Below, piece by piece: positions 14,681 through 28,216 of a stretch of DNA of 64,000 bases. The translations under genes and the position numbers were made by a program. Origin of the DNA: Eledone cirrhosa (lineage: Eukaryota); the NCBI GenBank assembly GCA_964016885.1, contig OZ024756.1, positions 3,162,001 to 3,226,000 of the forward strand, given 5' to 3'. Position 1 is the first letter of the stretch, and each line of letters begins with the position of its first letter. The notes under the pieces are model-generated. The model saw only the letters and a list, made by a program, of their open reading frames with translations. It searched no databases and was not told the DNA's origin.

Positions 14681-16973
14681 TTGCCGTCGCAGGTCGATGA
14701 ACAAACAGAAGCACAATTTAGTATAGCTAAATCCGAACTTAGAAATATTATAGAACAGTATAGCAAGAAGCATAATAGAATAGAGGCCCAGCAACTGAGA
14801 GAAAAATCTGCAAATGGCTTGCGTAAGCTCATGCAGCGCTCACGTAATGGAGAGATAGCATGCTTTCCAACAGACAAATCCGGCAGAATGTCGGTTGACA
14901 GCCTGCCAAACTACATCCAGGCAATGCAACCCCACATCACTCACACAAGAGAGGTAACACCACAGGAGCATGAGGATAGAGAAAAAGCCCTCAATGCCCA
15001 TATGGTGATGTGGACGAATATAATGCAGCCCAACAAAAGGACTGCCAACAACTTCCAGGCCTGGAACAATGACGTGCCGGCGTTGTATGGGCTTCGAAAA
15101 GACCATAAAACGGGCTGTGACCCTGTCGCGGGACCACCAACACGGCCAGTCTGTGGAGCTAACATTGCTAGTAACTACAGACTGTCCTACTTCCTCTCCC
15201 TGATCATACGCCCCATCATTGAGATGTCCCCAGATGTATGTGACAGCACGGAGGACCTCCTCAGCAGAATCGGCGTGAGTAACCTATCTGGGGACCTAAC
15301 AAACTGCATAAAAGGCAGTATGGATGTTGTGTCCCTGTATCCATCTATTGACGTGGATTTTGCTGTGGAGAAATGCGTAGAAATGGTCAGCGAGAGCAAG
15401 GTTGAGTTCCGTGGGATTGATACCAGTGAGCTGGGACTTCTACTTAAGCTTACCCATAGTAATAGTTACCTAGACACTTATGACCTTAGCAACCTGTGCC
15501 CTACAAGACCAGCAAGAGGCAGACCACCTACCATTACCTCAATGGCCAAGAAAATCCACACAGTTAGATGGAACGGGTGGACCAGAGCCATACGGACACC
15601 CGAAAACCACGATAAACTGAAGAAAATGATTGCACATGCGGTAGGGGCCAGCATAAAATTAACCCTTAAGGAACATATGTTCAAATTTAATGGTAAAACA
15701 TATGCCCAAGAGGAAGGAGCAGCCATTGGCGTTAGCATTGCAGGCGACATAGCTAACTTATTCATGGTATGGTGGGACAGTAGACTTAAACTTAAACTTA
15801 AAGAACAATTAGAAGACAGCTTAACCCTGATAATGTACTCCCGCTACGTAGATGATATAAACATCGTAGTTAAGACACCCCCACTAGAGAACAGTCAGGA
15901 ACTAGAGAAAAACACAATGGAAAGCATCCAGCAAATAGCAAACTCCATCCACCAGAGCATTAGAGTTACTATAGACTACCCAAGTAGACACCCAACCATC
16001 GATTACCTGTACTAGACACAGAGCTCTGGTTAGATACCATTAACAACCAAAAACAAATCCTCCATTCCCATTATGCCAAACCCATGACTTCCAAACATCT
16101 GATCCACCGAAACTCGGCAATTTCGGACCATACCAAAATCAACATACTGATTGCGGATTTGGTACGGGTGATGAGAAATGTGTCCCGCATGTGCAACCCC
16201 GAAGAACTAGAGAGACACATACAACACTTCATCCACCGTATGCAGTTCTCTGGCTACAATCAGAGAGATAGAATCAGAGTGTATAGAGGAGCCAGAACCA
16301 AATGGGAAAAAATGGGAAATAATGACATAAATGGGACTGCCCCTTGTATAGGAGCAAATTTTGGAATAGAATAGAAAGAACTAGGAACAAGGCCAATAGA
16401 ATAAACTCATGGTATGATAGCAATAAATACCAGAGTGTAATGTTCATCAATACAACCCCTAGAGGCGAACTAGCCTACAAATTTAGAAGGGCCCTAAATA
16501 AACATAAAGTCAATATTAAGATAGTAGAAAGACCAGGTACCTCCATAAAAACACTTATTAGCAAGACATACCCGTTCCAAAGACCCTCATGTATAGATAA
16601 GAAATGTATAACCTGTAAAATAAGCCCCCATATTAACTGTAAAACTAGAAATGTAGTGTATAGCATAAGATGTACTGAAGGACAATGAAGAAACAAAAAT
16701 ATAGTGTACATAGGTGAGACAGCTCGTAGTATAGGGGAACGGATAAATGAACACTGGCGAGACCCTTCAAGATAATAAAGAATCATCTGTACTCTACCAA
16801 CATGCTAAGATAGAACACAAGGGTAAATTAGAGAACATAGAAATAAAAATAGAATCCACACACAGAAAAGATGCAAGTTTAGGCAAATTACAGAGGCAGT
16901 AAGCATAAAAGAATTACAACCAAAATTAAATAGAAAATATGAGTGGAACAGCAACATCACAACTTACAATTAA
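14681..16973 (+). pseudogene. PLE-A RT + GIY-YIG with frameshifts and one in-frame stop
   Basis: ORFs 14681-16015, 16084-16374 and 16344-16688 are nearly identical in protein to the minus-strand copy. Confidence 0.88.
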
Positions 16974-17175
16974 GGGACAAAATGAAAACACACACACACA
17001 TAGAACAAACAACCAACCAACAACATGTAAATACATAAACAAATAGATAAATGAACACAAACACACACAGACACCCGGATGTGGCGCATGCGCAAACTGA
17101 GCACACAACACACACAGAAACAAAATGGCGTAAAACAGAAGAAAGGAAAGCACAGAAACGAAGAAAGGAATCCCC

Positions 17176-17220
17176 AGTCACTGAAGAGGTCACAGAGTGT
17201 GTGACGAAAGGACTATGACT
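17176..17220 (+). ncRNA. PLE-A pLTR hammerhead (also minus 9495-9539, 13561-13605, 19910-19954, mutated 5342-5386; plus 20063-20107)
   Basis: AGTCA-CTGAAGA-gGTCAC-agagtgt-GTGAC-GAAA-GGAC-TA-TGACT. Minimal HHRs in pLTRs are an established PLE feature. Confidence 0.85.
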
Positions 17221-17413
17221 ATATATAAACAACTATCTGGTTGTGGAACCAACCAACCAACCAGAAATTTATAGGTTTGTAGATTTATAAATTTATAAAT
17301 TTATAAATATATAATAAATTGAAGTGAAACAACTGTGTGCGTGTGTTTCTTATTGGCAACATGACCCTCCCAAAGTATAACAATATATATATATATATAT
17401 ACTTATATATATG

Positions 17414-17483
<70 letters not shown>

Positions 17484-17508
17484 ATATATATATATACATA
17501 TATATATG

Positions 17509-17620
<112 letters not shown>

Positions 17621-17641
17621 ATATATATATACATATATATA

Positions 17642-17742
<101 letters not shown>

Positions 17743-17756
17743 TATATATATATACA

Positions 17757-17840
<84 letters not shown>

Positions 17841-17844
<4 letters not shown>

Positions 17845-18033
17845 TAAGAGGAATTCCAACTTTGTCTGATTTACTCGTTTTATTTACAATCCTTTAAAAT
17901 ATATAATGGTATTATAACGAAATAGTATGATAGAATATTAAATTCTAAGTGTTAATTGAACAAGTACTTTCATGCTTTCGCATCTTTAGGTTCATAATAT
18001 GTGGTGACAGTCGAGTTTGCAATGTTCTACTGT
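17841..18033 (-). mobile_element. Solo 3' end (pLTR fragment) of PLE-B
   Basis: Highly similar to 28060-28254. HHR core is mutated here (CTAAAGA). Confidence 0.85.
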
Positions 18034-18036
18034 GAC

Positions 18037-18236
18037 CCAAGTATGACCCCGACGGCAGAGCTCAAGCCCTTTCGACGGCTAATTCTGGACTAAACAGTCC
18101 AGAATTAACCGTCGAAACGGCTTGAACTCTGTCGTCGGGGTCATACTTGTTCTATCACCCACTCTACTACCCTAAGTATTGAGTACTTTGGTGCGTTATG
18201 GTCCACCTGGTTCCTTACCACATTTTTTTCGTTATA
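18037..18236. mobile_element. Fold-back element family H15 (also 23699-23910, 62671-62856; single arm 3400-3530; fragments 21231-21283, about 63790-63880)
   Basis: GACCCCGACGGC..GCCGTCGGGGTC palindrome plus a tail with TAAGTATTGAGTACT. Contains only the 3' half of an HHR (GAAA-CGGC..GCCG-TC-GGGG). Confidence 0.8.
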
Positions 18237-18427
18237 TATATATGTGTGTTTAATCGTTGGTAACCAGTTAGTAACGTACTCAATACTTACCAGAGTATAA
18301 ATATTTAATATAGAAATGGCTTCTACAGGACGAGAACTGATTCATTCCGGAGTAATCATCAAGAAGCCACTGATGATTTCTCCCGAATGAAACAGTTCTA
18401 GTCCTGTAGAAGCCATTTCTATATTAA

Positions 18428-18473
<46 letters not shown>

Positions 18474-18477
18474 GTAC

Positions 18478-18540
<63 letters not shown>

Positions 18541-19697
18541 AACATACATACATGTATATTTGTGTGTGTGTGTGTTTGCACACAGGAACCGGCGAGTGTG
18601 TCTGTATAGTTTGTGTGTATATGTATGTAGAAGTATAAAACATATGTATTAAATCATTTAGCATATAAATACGAAACAATTTAGCGAATTACTGGGGCAT
18701 AGATGAATACGTCGAGAGAAATTAAAAGATATTAGCTCTTTGAAGCTGATCTGACACAATCAGCCACACACCTCCCACACAGCCCGTTCCATTTGAATAT
18801 AGCATATAACTGTGTAAGGAGGAAGTTTACTATTATTCATATATATATAAGTATGTATACGTACATACATATATGTATACAGACGTACAGTAGTATGTAT
18901 ATATATACATACATGCACACATATATATATATACGTATGGATTTACCGAGTATTTATTATAATGCTCGGTTTGTTTGTAAACAAACATCCCGTATTAAGC
19001 CGTACAGTGTTTAGCAACCATCGTTGCCCTTTTGTTCAACACTGACAAAGGAACGATGTACTAGTTTCAAGCTTATTAGCTATCGTCTGCACTGTATACC
19101 TTCCTGCCAGATGATTGAACGTCTGAAAGTATATATTTTCCTTATGTATATTAACGGCTGAGCAGCCTAATTTGCATATCGAATGAGTTAATCGGCCGAG
19201 ATTAACAGATTGAAGTTTAAGCAAAGAATCTGTGCTTTCACCCTTAACGGTATCTTCTTAAATTAAGAAAATCAATCTGTGAACGCAGAAGTAAATATTT
19301 CGATAGACGTTGCAACCGAAAGAAAACAGGAAGACCATACTTTGGTATGACTCCATGTATGACATTAACGTGGTTTATCTTTGCCTATATTTGTTCTCAT
19401 CGGTCCACATAACGACGTATTATCTTCGCTTTTTCCGCTCATTGCCAGGGAACGTCTTCACGAACCAAAGTATCGTCTTCCTGTGTTCCTCCGGTTGCAA
19501 GGTTTTTCGAAATATTTACTTCTGCGTTCACAGATTAATTTTATTTAGTCTCAGAAGATCCCGTTAAGGGTGAAAGCAGCGATTATTTGCTTAAACTTTA
19601 ATCTGTTATTTTAATAAATATTTGCTCTAGGGTTCTTATATATATTATACTTATCGAGCCCTCTTTGGGTTTTAGTCGTCAAATTTAGTATTATTAC

Positions 19698-19750
<53 letters not shown>

Positions 19751-19756
<6 letters not shown>

Positions 19757-20328
19757 ATACTTTGGGAGGGTCATGTTGCCAATAAGAAACACACGCACCA
19801 GTTGCTTTCACTTCAATTTAATTTAATATATATTTATAAATTTACAAATTTATAAATTTCTGGTTGGTTGGTTGGTTCCACAACCAGATAGTTGTTTATA
19901 TATATATATAGTCATAGTTCTTTCGTCACACACTCTGTGACCTCTTCAGTGACTGGGGATTTCTTTCTTCGTTTCTGTGCCTTTCCTTTCTTCTATCCTA
20001 CGCCATTTAAATGGCGTAGGATAGAAGAAAGGAAAGGCACAGAAACGAAGAAAGAAATCCCAAGTCACTGAAGAGGTCACAGAGTGTGTGACGAAAGAAC
20101 TATGACTATATATATATATAAACAACTATCTGGTTGTGGAACCAACCAACCAACCAGAAATTTATAAATTTGTAAATTTATAAATATATATTAAATTAAA
20201 TTGAAGTGAAAGCAACTGGTGCGTGTGTTTCTTATTGGCAACATGACCCTCCCAAAGTATAACAATATCGGTTTCAACACACGATTTCAGATAAAGAATC
20301 TTGCTAAACAAATTCAGAAACGAAATAT
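19751..20328. mobile_element. Non-coding fold-back derivative of the PLE-A pLTR
   Basis: Near-perfect palindrome centred at CGCCATTTAAATGGCG (about 20008), arms about 258 bp, flanked by (TA)n on both sides. Confidence 0.9.
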
Positions 20329-20425
20329 ATATATATATATATATATATAATATGAGATAAAAAGATGGTTAACCATCTTTTGAACTTATATTGTTTTATT
20401 GTTGCTACAATAAAACTCACCTCCT

Positions 20426-20515
<90 letters not shown>

Positions 20516-20582
20516 TTATATATATATATATATATGTGTGTGTCTGTATGTAAATATATAAATATATATATATGCATGTATG

Positions 20583-20618
<36 letters not shown>

Positions 20619-21351
20619 AGGTCACCAGTTGGTGCTACTGGTAACATGCATCCCAGTACAACCTGTCCCATTGTCGGGCCGTTGGCGACTAAACTGGCAA
20701 CCCCACCAAGGTTTCTTGGTGAGGAGGGTGACTTTGGACATCCTGCAGGACTAAAAACAAAACCTGTCAAAGGGCAAAGGAGCTCTTAAGAGTCCATAGC
20801 CATCCAAAATCACCGGGAGAGATGACCCCTTAGCCTTTGTCAAGGCAGAATTCTAGGAGAAGAAAAACTCTGATATAACACTTGTAACCCTGATGGTATC
20901 CAATGATGTTGACTTGTTCTTCTTTTTGGTAAATATCATCTTAGTTAAGAGAGTGGAACTGGCTTTGTGCAGTGCCTTTGCTCACTATAAAAGCTTCACG
21001 GCACAGGCATTGTCTGCACTTATCGTCACATGGTACCATGGGCCCAGCACTATGTGTCAATAATTGTCACAGGTGTAGTGTTTGTACCAGATTTTTCAAG
21101 TCGCTGGCTGGACTAAAAAGTCACACATATTCAGCGCATCAGTAGGGGTTCTCCTACATGGATATAAAGTAGTGGCCGTACTCGAAAACGAGTTGGCAGC
21201 CACCATATATATATATATATATATATATATCCTAGCTGTCGAAACGGCCGGAGCTCAGCCGTCTAGGTCCTGACTCTTTTCCTATATATGTATGTAAATA
21301 TATATATATGTGTGTGAGTGTGTGTGTGTGCGTGTGTGTGCGTGCGTATAC

Positions 21352-21383
<32 letters not shown>

Positions 21384-21408
21384 GTATCTATTTATATATG
21401 TATATATG

Positions 21409-21625
21409 TGAAGGCGAGTGGCTGAGTGGTTAGAGAATTGGATTCGCAATAGCGCAGTTGTGAGTTCGATTCCTGGACTGGACAGTGCCTTATGTCCTTG
21501 GGCAAGACACTTAACTTCTCGTTGCTACTTCTACTTGGATTTGCGACCGATATTGGGAAAGTCAATTGGGAAGACCAATGGAAACATTGTTTCCTTGGTC
21601 CGATTTCTCGAAAGTCGATCGACTG
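21409..21625 (+). mobile_element. tRNA-derived SINE (second copy 33527-33742, minus)
   Basis: A box TGGCTGAGTGG, B box GTTCGATTCC, then TGTCCTTGGGCAAGACAC and a shared 3' region. Confidence 0.8.
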
Positions 21626-21794
21626 TCATTATATATATATATATAAATGTATGTATCCATATTAATTATATATATTTATGGATATATATGAAATATATAT
21701 AATATATATTGCATCTATATGTAGAGAGTGAGACATAGGAAGGAAGAGAATGTTTGTGGGAGAGAGTGTTTGAGTGTACGTGTTTGCGTATATA

Positions 21795-21859
<65 letters not shown>

Positions 21860-22091
21860 TCGTGTGTCATATATATATATATGTATATATATATATTTAG
21901 GTTTGTTGGTTCACCAACGGATAGAACTGGTCATTCCGTATGGTCAATCTTGATGTAATATTTTGGAGAGTACTCAACGTGGTACAGTTCACCCGTCTTC
22001 GTTTGTGTAGTTGGTGGTGCTAATACGGAGTTAATTATTACAAATAAAATAACAGGAGGTTGGACTGGTGTAAATCCTTGAAAAGTTTATT

Positions 22092-22149
22092 ATACTATAA
22101 TCATTTCAATGACCGGGTTCCGTATGAATCCGGTGATATCATCAGGTAT
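22092..22149 (-). ncRNA. Type I hammerhead motif, family H9 (mutated inverted partner 22273-22330)
   Basis: ATAC-CTGATGA-..ACCGG..CCGGT..-GAAA-TGATTA-TA-GTAT. Confidence 0.75.
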
Positions 22150-22381
22150 TCGAAATATAACAAAGGAATATATAAAAGGAATATATAAAATCCATGGGTC
22201 CGAAAATCAGAGACAGGGAGGACGACTGACCAACTAGCTGCTTTCACCTCGGTCAGTCCCCTTAAGTTTCGAATACCTGATGTTATCACCGGATTCATAC
22301 GGAACCCGGTCATTAAAATGATCATAGTATAATAAACTTTTCAAGGATTTACACCAGTCCAACCTCCTGTAATTTTATTTG

Positions 22382-22438
<57 letters not shown>

Positions 22439-22611
22439 CAGTAATAATAATAAATTTGAAGACAAAATCTAAAGAGGGCTCGATAAGGATAAATATATAT
22501 CATATATATAAGAACCGTAGAGCAAATAGTTATTAAAATAACAGATTAAGCAAAGAATCGCTTCGCTGCTTTCACCCTTAACGGGATCTTCTGAAACTAA
22601 ATATATATATA

Positions 22612-22674
<63 letters not shown>

Positions 22675-23241
22675 CAGTATATATAATTGTTTCTACTTTT
22701 GGCACAAGGCCAGCAAATACCCAGTACATTACTGGTACTTTATTTTATCGACCCCCTAAGGATGAAAGGCAAAGTTAACCCCTCTCCGGGATTTGAACAC
22801 AGATCGTAAAGGGACGTAACTATGCTGGAAAGCCTGGCGTCCAACCCTCTACCAATACTGTCAATTCACACATAATATCTATATATTTCATATATATATA
22901 TATATAACATATGTGTGTGTCTTTATCTCCCGTAATACTTTTTCTCTCTCCCTCTCTACCAATATATCACCCTCTCTCTATCACACCGCTACTGTTTCTC
23001 TCAGTTTCCCGTTCCTACATCCAATATCTCTTCTACTGGCATCAGCATTTACAATTCTCTTTCTGTTTAACAACTTGATGGTATGAATCTCTCATTAAAT
23101 AATCTACTGACGACCTACATGTGTGAGGAGAGTGTCAGTGTGGGGACTTCTTTCTACGTGTGTCGGTACTTCTCTTACTTCAATAGAGCTCTATATGTGT
23201 ATTTATATATATATATCTATATATATATCTATATCTATATA

Positions 23242-23318
<77 letters not shown>

Positions 23319-23437
23319 TTTTTTTCCCGTTCTTTGCCAGGGAACGTTTCCACGAACCAAAGTATCGTCTTCCTGTCTTCCTCCGGTTGCTACGTTTTTT
23401 GAAATATTCACTTCTGTGTTCACAGATTGACTTTGTT

Positions 23438-23488
23438 AGTTTCAGAAGATCCCGTTAAGGGTGAAAGCAACGATTCTTTGCTTAAACT
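23438..23488 (+). ncRNA. Hammerhead-like motif with CAGAAGA core, family H7 (also 19547-19597, 38520-38569; minus about 22550-22598, 37661-37711, 38812-38862, decayed about 19214-19264)
   Basis: AGTTT-CAGAAGA-tCCCgttaaGGGt-GAAA-GCA..TGC-TT-AAACT. All three stems pair, but the core has A at position 4. Confidence 0.65.
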
Positions 23489-23595
23489 TTAATCTGTTAT
23501 TTTAATAAATATTTGCTCTACGGTTCTTATATATTTGATATATATTTATCCTTATCGAGCCCTCTTTGGATTTTAGTCTTCAAATTTATTATTAT

Positions 23596-23700
<105 letters not shown>

Positions 23701-23907
23701 AAAATGTTTAACCCCGACGACAGATCTCAACCTGTTCCGACGGCTATTTCTGGACGGACGGCTTTCCTAGAGTCCAGAAATAGCCGTCGAAACGGCTTGA
23801 GCTCTGCCGTCGGGGTTAAACTTTATCCCATTACTCACTCTACTAACCTAAGTATTGAGTACTCTGGTGCCTTATGGTCCATCTGGTTTCTTACCACACT
23901 CCCTTCG

Positions 23908-23973
<66 letters not shown>

Positions 23974-24187
23974 TAGTTCTTTCCTTGTTTTGGTATAGTG
24001 TGGTTGGGTTTTGCCTGCCGCATTTTCAATTTGTCAAGCTATTTAAACGTAATGTTATTACTCTAAGGACCTACCCTTATTGAGTGCTTTGCTACTCATT
24101 CCTTATTGTAGGTCGACTTGCTTGGCCCCAGCCAATGCTTCGATTTTACTAAGCTTCCACTGGTATGTATATATTTATATATGTATG

Positions 24188-24254
<67 letters not shown>

Positions 24255-24671
24255 TATATATACCCGTGTGGGTACTGCAGTACTTCAATATTGCTGTGTG
24301 TATATATATATACGGGTATCGGTACTTTTGTACTTCAATATTGCTCTATATGTGTATATATATATATATACGTGTGTGAGTGGTGGTGTACTTCAATGCC
24401 GCTCTATATGTATTTATATATATATATATATAAATATATATATATGTGTGTGTGTGTTTGTGTGTGTTTGGGGGGGGGTGCTGTACTTGAATGACGCTCT
24501 ATATATGTACATATGCATTTATATATATATGTGTGGAAGCGTGGGTGCGTCTGCACTTGAATGTCACTCTATATGTGTTTATATGTATATATATGTGGGG
24601 GGGGGGGCTTCTGTACTTGAACGCCGCTCTATATGCGTATATATGTATTTATATATATATATATACATACA

Positions 24672-24903
24672 CATCATCATCACCAGGTCGAGCTTGCTCG
24701 GCTTTGTACGACACGTTTCCTCCATCCATCTCTGTATCTCATAGCGTTTGCCAGTTCTTCCGCAGTGCACCCATTATCGTCCTCAAACCCCCCAAATAAG
24801 GATCTCTACGGCAATATACCACCTATCAGCAGGTCAATTCGTGGACAGAGACTAAGATTTGCTGGCCACTGTTGGCGCATCAAGGAAGAAATAGCAGGTG
24901 ATG
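24672..24903. mobile_element. RTE-clade LINE 3' fragment with internal inversion
   Basis: Plus strand 24800-24903 encodes DLYGNIPPISRSIRGQRLRFAGHCWR, an RTE C-terminal motif. 24672-24785 reads on the minus strand as the extreme 3' end with a (TGA)n tail. Confidence 0.7.
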
Positions 24904-25451
24904 TATATATATATATATATAATTTATTCATATGTAACCCCGCAACCACGCAACACGCCAGGTTTTCATATTTTTCATATATATATATATATTTTCCTCC
25001 GCTGTGACCCGTCTGTATATTTCTTACTGCTTCCCCTTTCTCTGTATCTCTCACTTCCTTTTACCCCCTCTGCCAGTCACTCTCTCTGTTAGCCTCTTCC
25101 TAACACTTTAACTCACTCACTCTCTGCTACTCCCTCTCCTTCTTCCTCCCGTTTGACCTGTGCGATATTCTTTCCTCAATCACATTTCGCCCAGATTTGA
25201 TGGTCTTTATTCTCTCTCGTGTACGATCTCACAGAACTTATGTTCATCGATTTCAGGGACTTGGCTCCTTCTTCCTCACTTTTCGTTGCATTACCATCTC
25301 TGTTTGTTTACTGTCTCGCTCGTTCCCCCTAGTTACGTGTCCCAAAGACTTTCTTTAGCCGTTGCTCGCACCAACCAGAGGTATATGGTCTTTAAAGCGA
25401 TGAAATACCAATGAAGGCTGGAAGATCACTGATGAATTTATTCATATGTAT

Positions 25452-25507
<56 letters not shown>

Positions 25508-25542
25508 TATGTATATATATAAGTATATATGTATATATATAA

Positions 25543-25654
<112 letters not shown>

Positions 25655-25785
25655 GTGAGGTTTTTTTTACAAAATGAGAAATAACCGATGTGTCCTACAC
25701 GAGTGGATGTATAAAGAAAAAGAGATGAAATCGAAAATGCAACTGAAGTCTTATTTTTTTTTAAAATATATATATTTATTTGGTT

Positions 25786-25823
25786 CCTTTACCGGTTTCG
25801 CAGTTCTTCTGCTTTTCAAAAGG
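25786..25823 (-). ncRNA. Hammerhead motif with U3-A8 core, family H10 (also about 34464-34501 plus, 43082-43119 minus)
   Basis: CCTT-TTGAAAA-GCAG-aagaa-CTGC-GAAA-CCGG-TA-AAGG. Confidence 0.7.
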
Positions 25824-25970
25824 TGAGTTGAGATGGAGGGTCTGTGGTTTTTCTCACATCTCAGATGAAAAGCAGAAGAACTGCGAAATCGGTAAAGGAA
25901 CCAAATAAATATATATATTTTTTAAAAAAATAAGACTTCAGTTGCATTTTCGATTTCATCTCTTTTTCTT

Positions 25971-26002
<32 letters not shown>

Positions 26003-26012
26003 CATATATACT

Positions 26013-26054
<42 letters not shown>

Positions 26055-26172
26055 CATATATATATATATATATATAAGTATATATATACATATATATATA
26101 TAAATTTATGTATATATATATATATATATATATTTATGTATATATATATATATTTATGTATATATATATATT

Positions 26173-26269
<97 letters not shown>

Positions 26270-26275
26270 GTATAT

Positions 26276-26370
<95 letters not shown>

Positions 26371-26794
26371 TAGGGAAGCAGAAAATTGCTTTTTGTGTTC
26401 CAGTTTTTGGTTAAGAAAGCCAGTTTCATGGATGGTTTCAACGTACGGTTAGGGGTAACTCCACAAGTTTGTAAGAATTCCGTTCAATCTTGGAGTATAA
26501 AGTATAAAAGAAAAAACACAGGTAAGCATTAAGCGAAGGATTTTATCCAGGTATTTACGACCCTTTCGTTGGTAAGTGCAACCTTATATTGCTATACTGC
26601 AAATAGCAGCCACTCAATTATAATTGTTGTTCACAGTCCAAATTTTCAAAATAGTGAGTAAGTTACTCTTGAAATAATTCTTAATATACAGAGAAAAACA
26701 TATTTGTAATTGTATTTACTAGTATAGAGAGAGAGGAATCAGGAGGTGAGGGGACAAACGGAATAGTATAGATATATATATATATATATATATG

Positions 26795-26866
<72 letters not shown>

Positions 26867-26986
26867 GAATTGAAACAAAATGAAAACGAAATTTCATTTC
26901 TCACTCTTAGTATGGCACTTACTTATGGCACGAACGTTCAACTATCTGGCAGATGGGTAAACGTTCAACTATCTGGCAGATGGGTA

Positions 26987-27031
26987 AACGGTGCTGATGA
27001 TAGCTAACAAGCTTGAAACTAGTACATCGTT
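26987..27031 (+). ncRNA. Type I hammerhead motif, family H8 (related copy about 19052-19096 minus)
   Basis: AACGGTG-CTGATGA-tAGCtaacaaGCTt-GAAA-CTAG-TA-CATCGTT. Confidence 0.8.
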
Positions 27032-27315
27032 CCTGTGTCAGTGTTGAACAAAAAGGTGACGTGGTTGCCTTAACACCGTATGGCATAAATTCAGGCTGTT
27101 CAGTTTGTTTACAAACGAACAAAGCGACGTTATAATAAGCGCCGCTAAACTGATACGTGCATATATGTATGTGTACCTGTATGCATATGTATATATATAT
27201 GTATATATATATATATATATGTGCATGCTACTGTACGTCTGTATACATATATGTATGTACGTATATATACATGCATACTTATATATATGTATATCTATAT
27301 ATATGTATATATATG

Positions 27316-27360
<45 letters not shown>

Positions 27361-27403
27361 GAATATATATATATATATATATATACATATATATCTATAT
27401 ATA

Positions 27404-27437
<34 letters not shown>

Positions 27438-27522
27438 CATATATATCTCTATATATGTATATATATATATGTGTATATATATATACACATATGTATATAT
27501 ATATATGTATATATATATACAC

Positions 27523-27554
<32 letters not shown>

Positions 27555-28177
27555 GTATATATATATACACACATATATATATAAGTATATATATATATAT
27601 ATGTATATATATATACATATATATATATATACGATATATTAACAAATCGAAACTATATTTATAAAACCATATTTATTTCATTATATATATTTCAAGGACA
27701 CCAAGTTAAATTGTGGTGTGCTTTCATCAGATAAAATATAATATAGATCAGTTTTATAAATAAATATTGACATACTCTTAAAGAATGCGACCATTTCTGT
27801 TGAAACCTCCCGGATAGTATACATATATATATATATGTATATTATATACATATATATATATATGTATGTATATATATATATATATGTATATTATATACAT
27901 ATATATATATATGTATATTATATACATATATATATATTTATATGTATATGTATATATATATGTATATGTATATGTATATGTATATATATGTATATGTATA
28001 TATAGATATATAGATAGATAAATATACAAGGGTGTGTATGATTGTGTATAGAAGATTATATTAATAAAAGGAATTCCAACTTTGTCTGATTTACTCGTTT
28101 TATTTACAATCCTTTAAAATTTATAATGGTATTATAATGAAAATAGTATGATAGAATATTAAATGTTAAGTGTTAAT

Positions 28178-28216
28178 TGAACAAGTACTTTCATGCTTTC
28201 GCAATCTTCAGGTTCA
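28178..28216 (-). ncRNA. PLE-B pLTR hammerhead
   Basis: TGAAC-CTGAAGA-tTGCgaaaGCAt-GAAA-GTAC-TT-GTTCA. Confidence 0.8.

Larger units (their letters stand above)
14489..17386 (+). mobile_element. PLE-A inverted arm (RT-GIY-YIG-pLTR)
   Basis: Reverse complement of about 9328-12232, joined directly to the minus-strand copy at 14488/14489. Ends in AACAATAT + (TA)n. Confidence 0.92.

Noticed and set aside
16686-16688. In-frame TGA at a Cys position of the GIY-YIG domain (possible selenocysteine, as reported for some Naiad PLEs)
   Set aside because: The three other copies have TGT. A single substitution in an already frameshifted arm is the simpler explanation.
21409-21490. Possible tRNA gene
   Set aside because: The A/B boxes continue into a SINE body shared with 33527-33742, and there is no clean acceptor stem.
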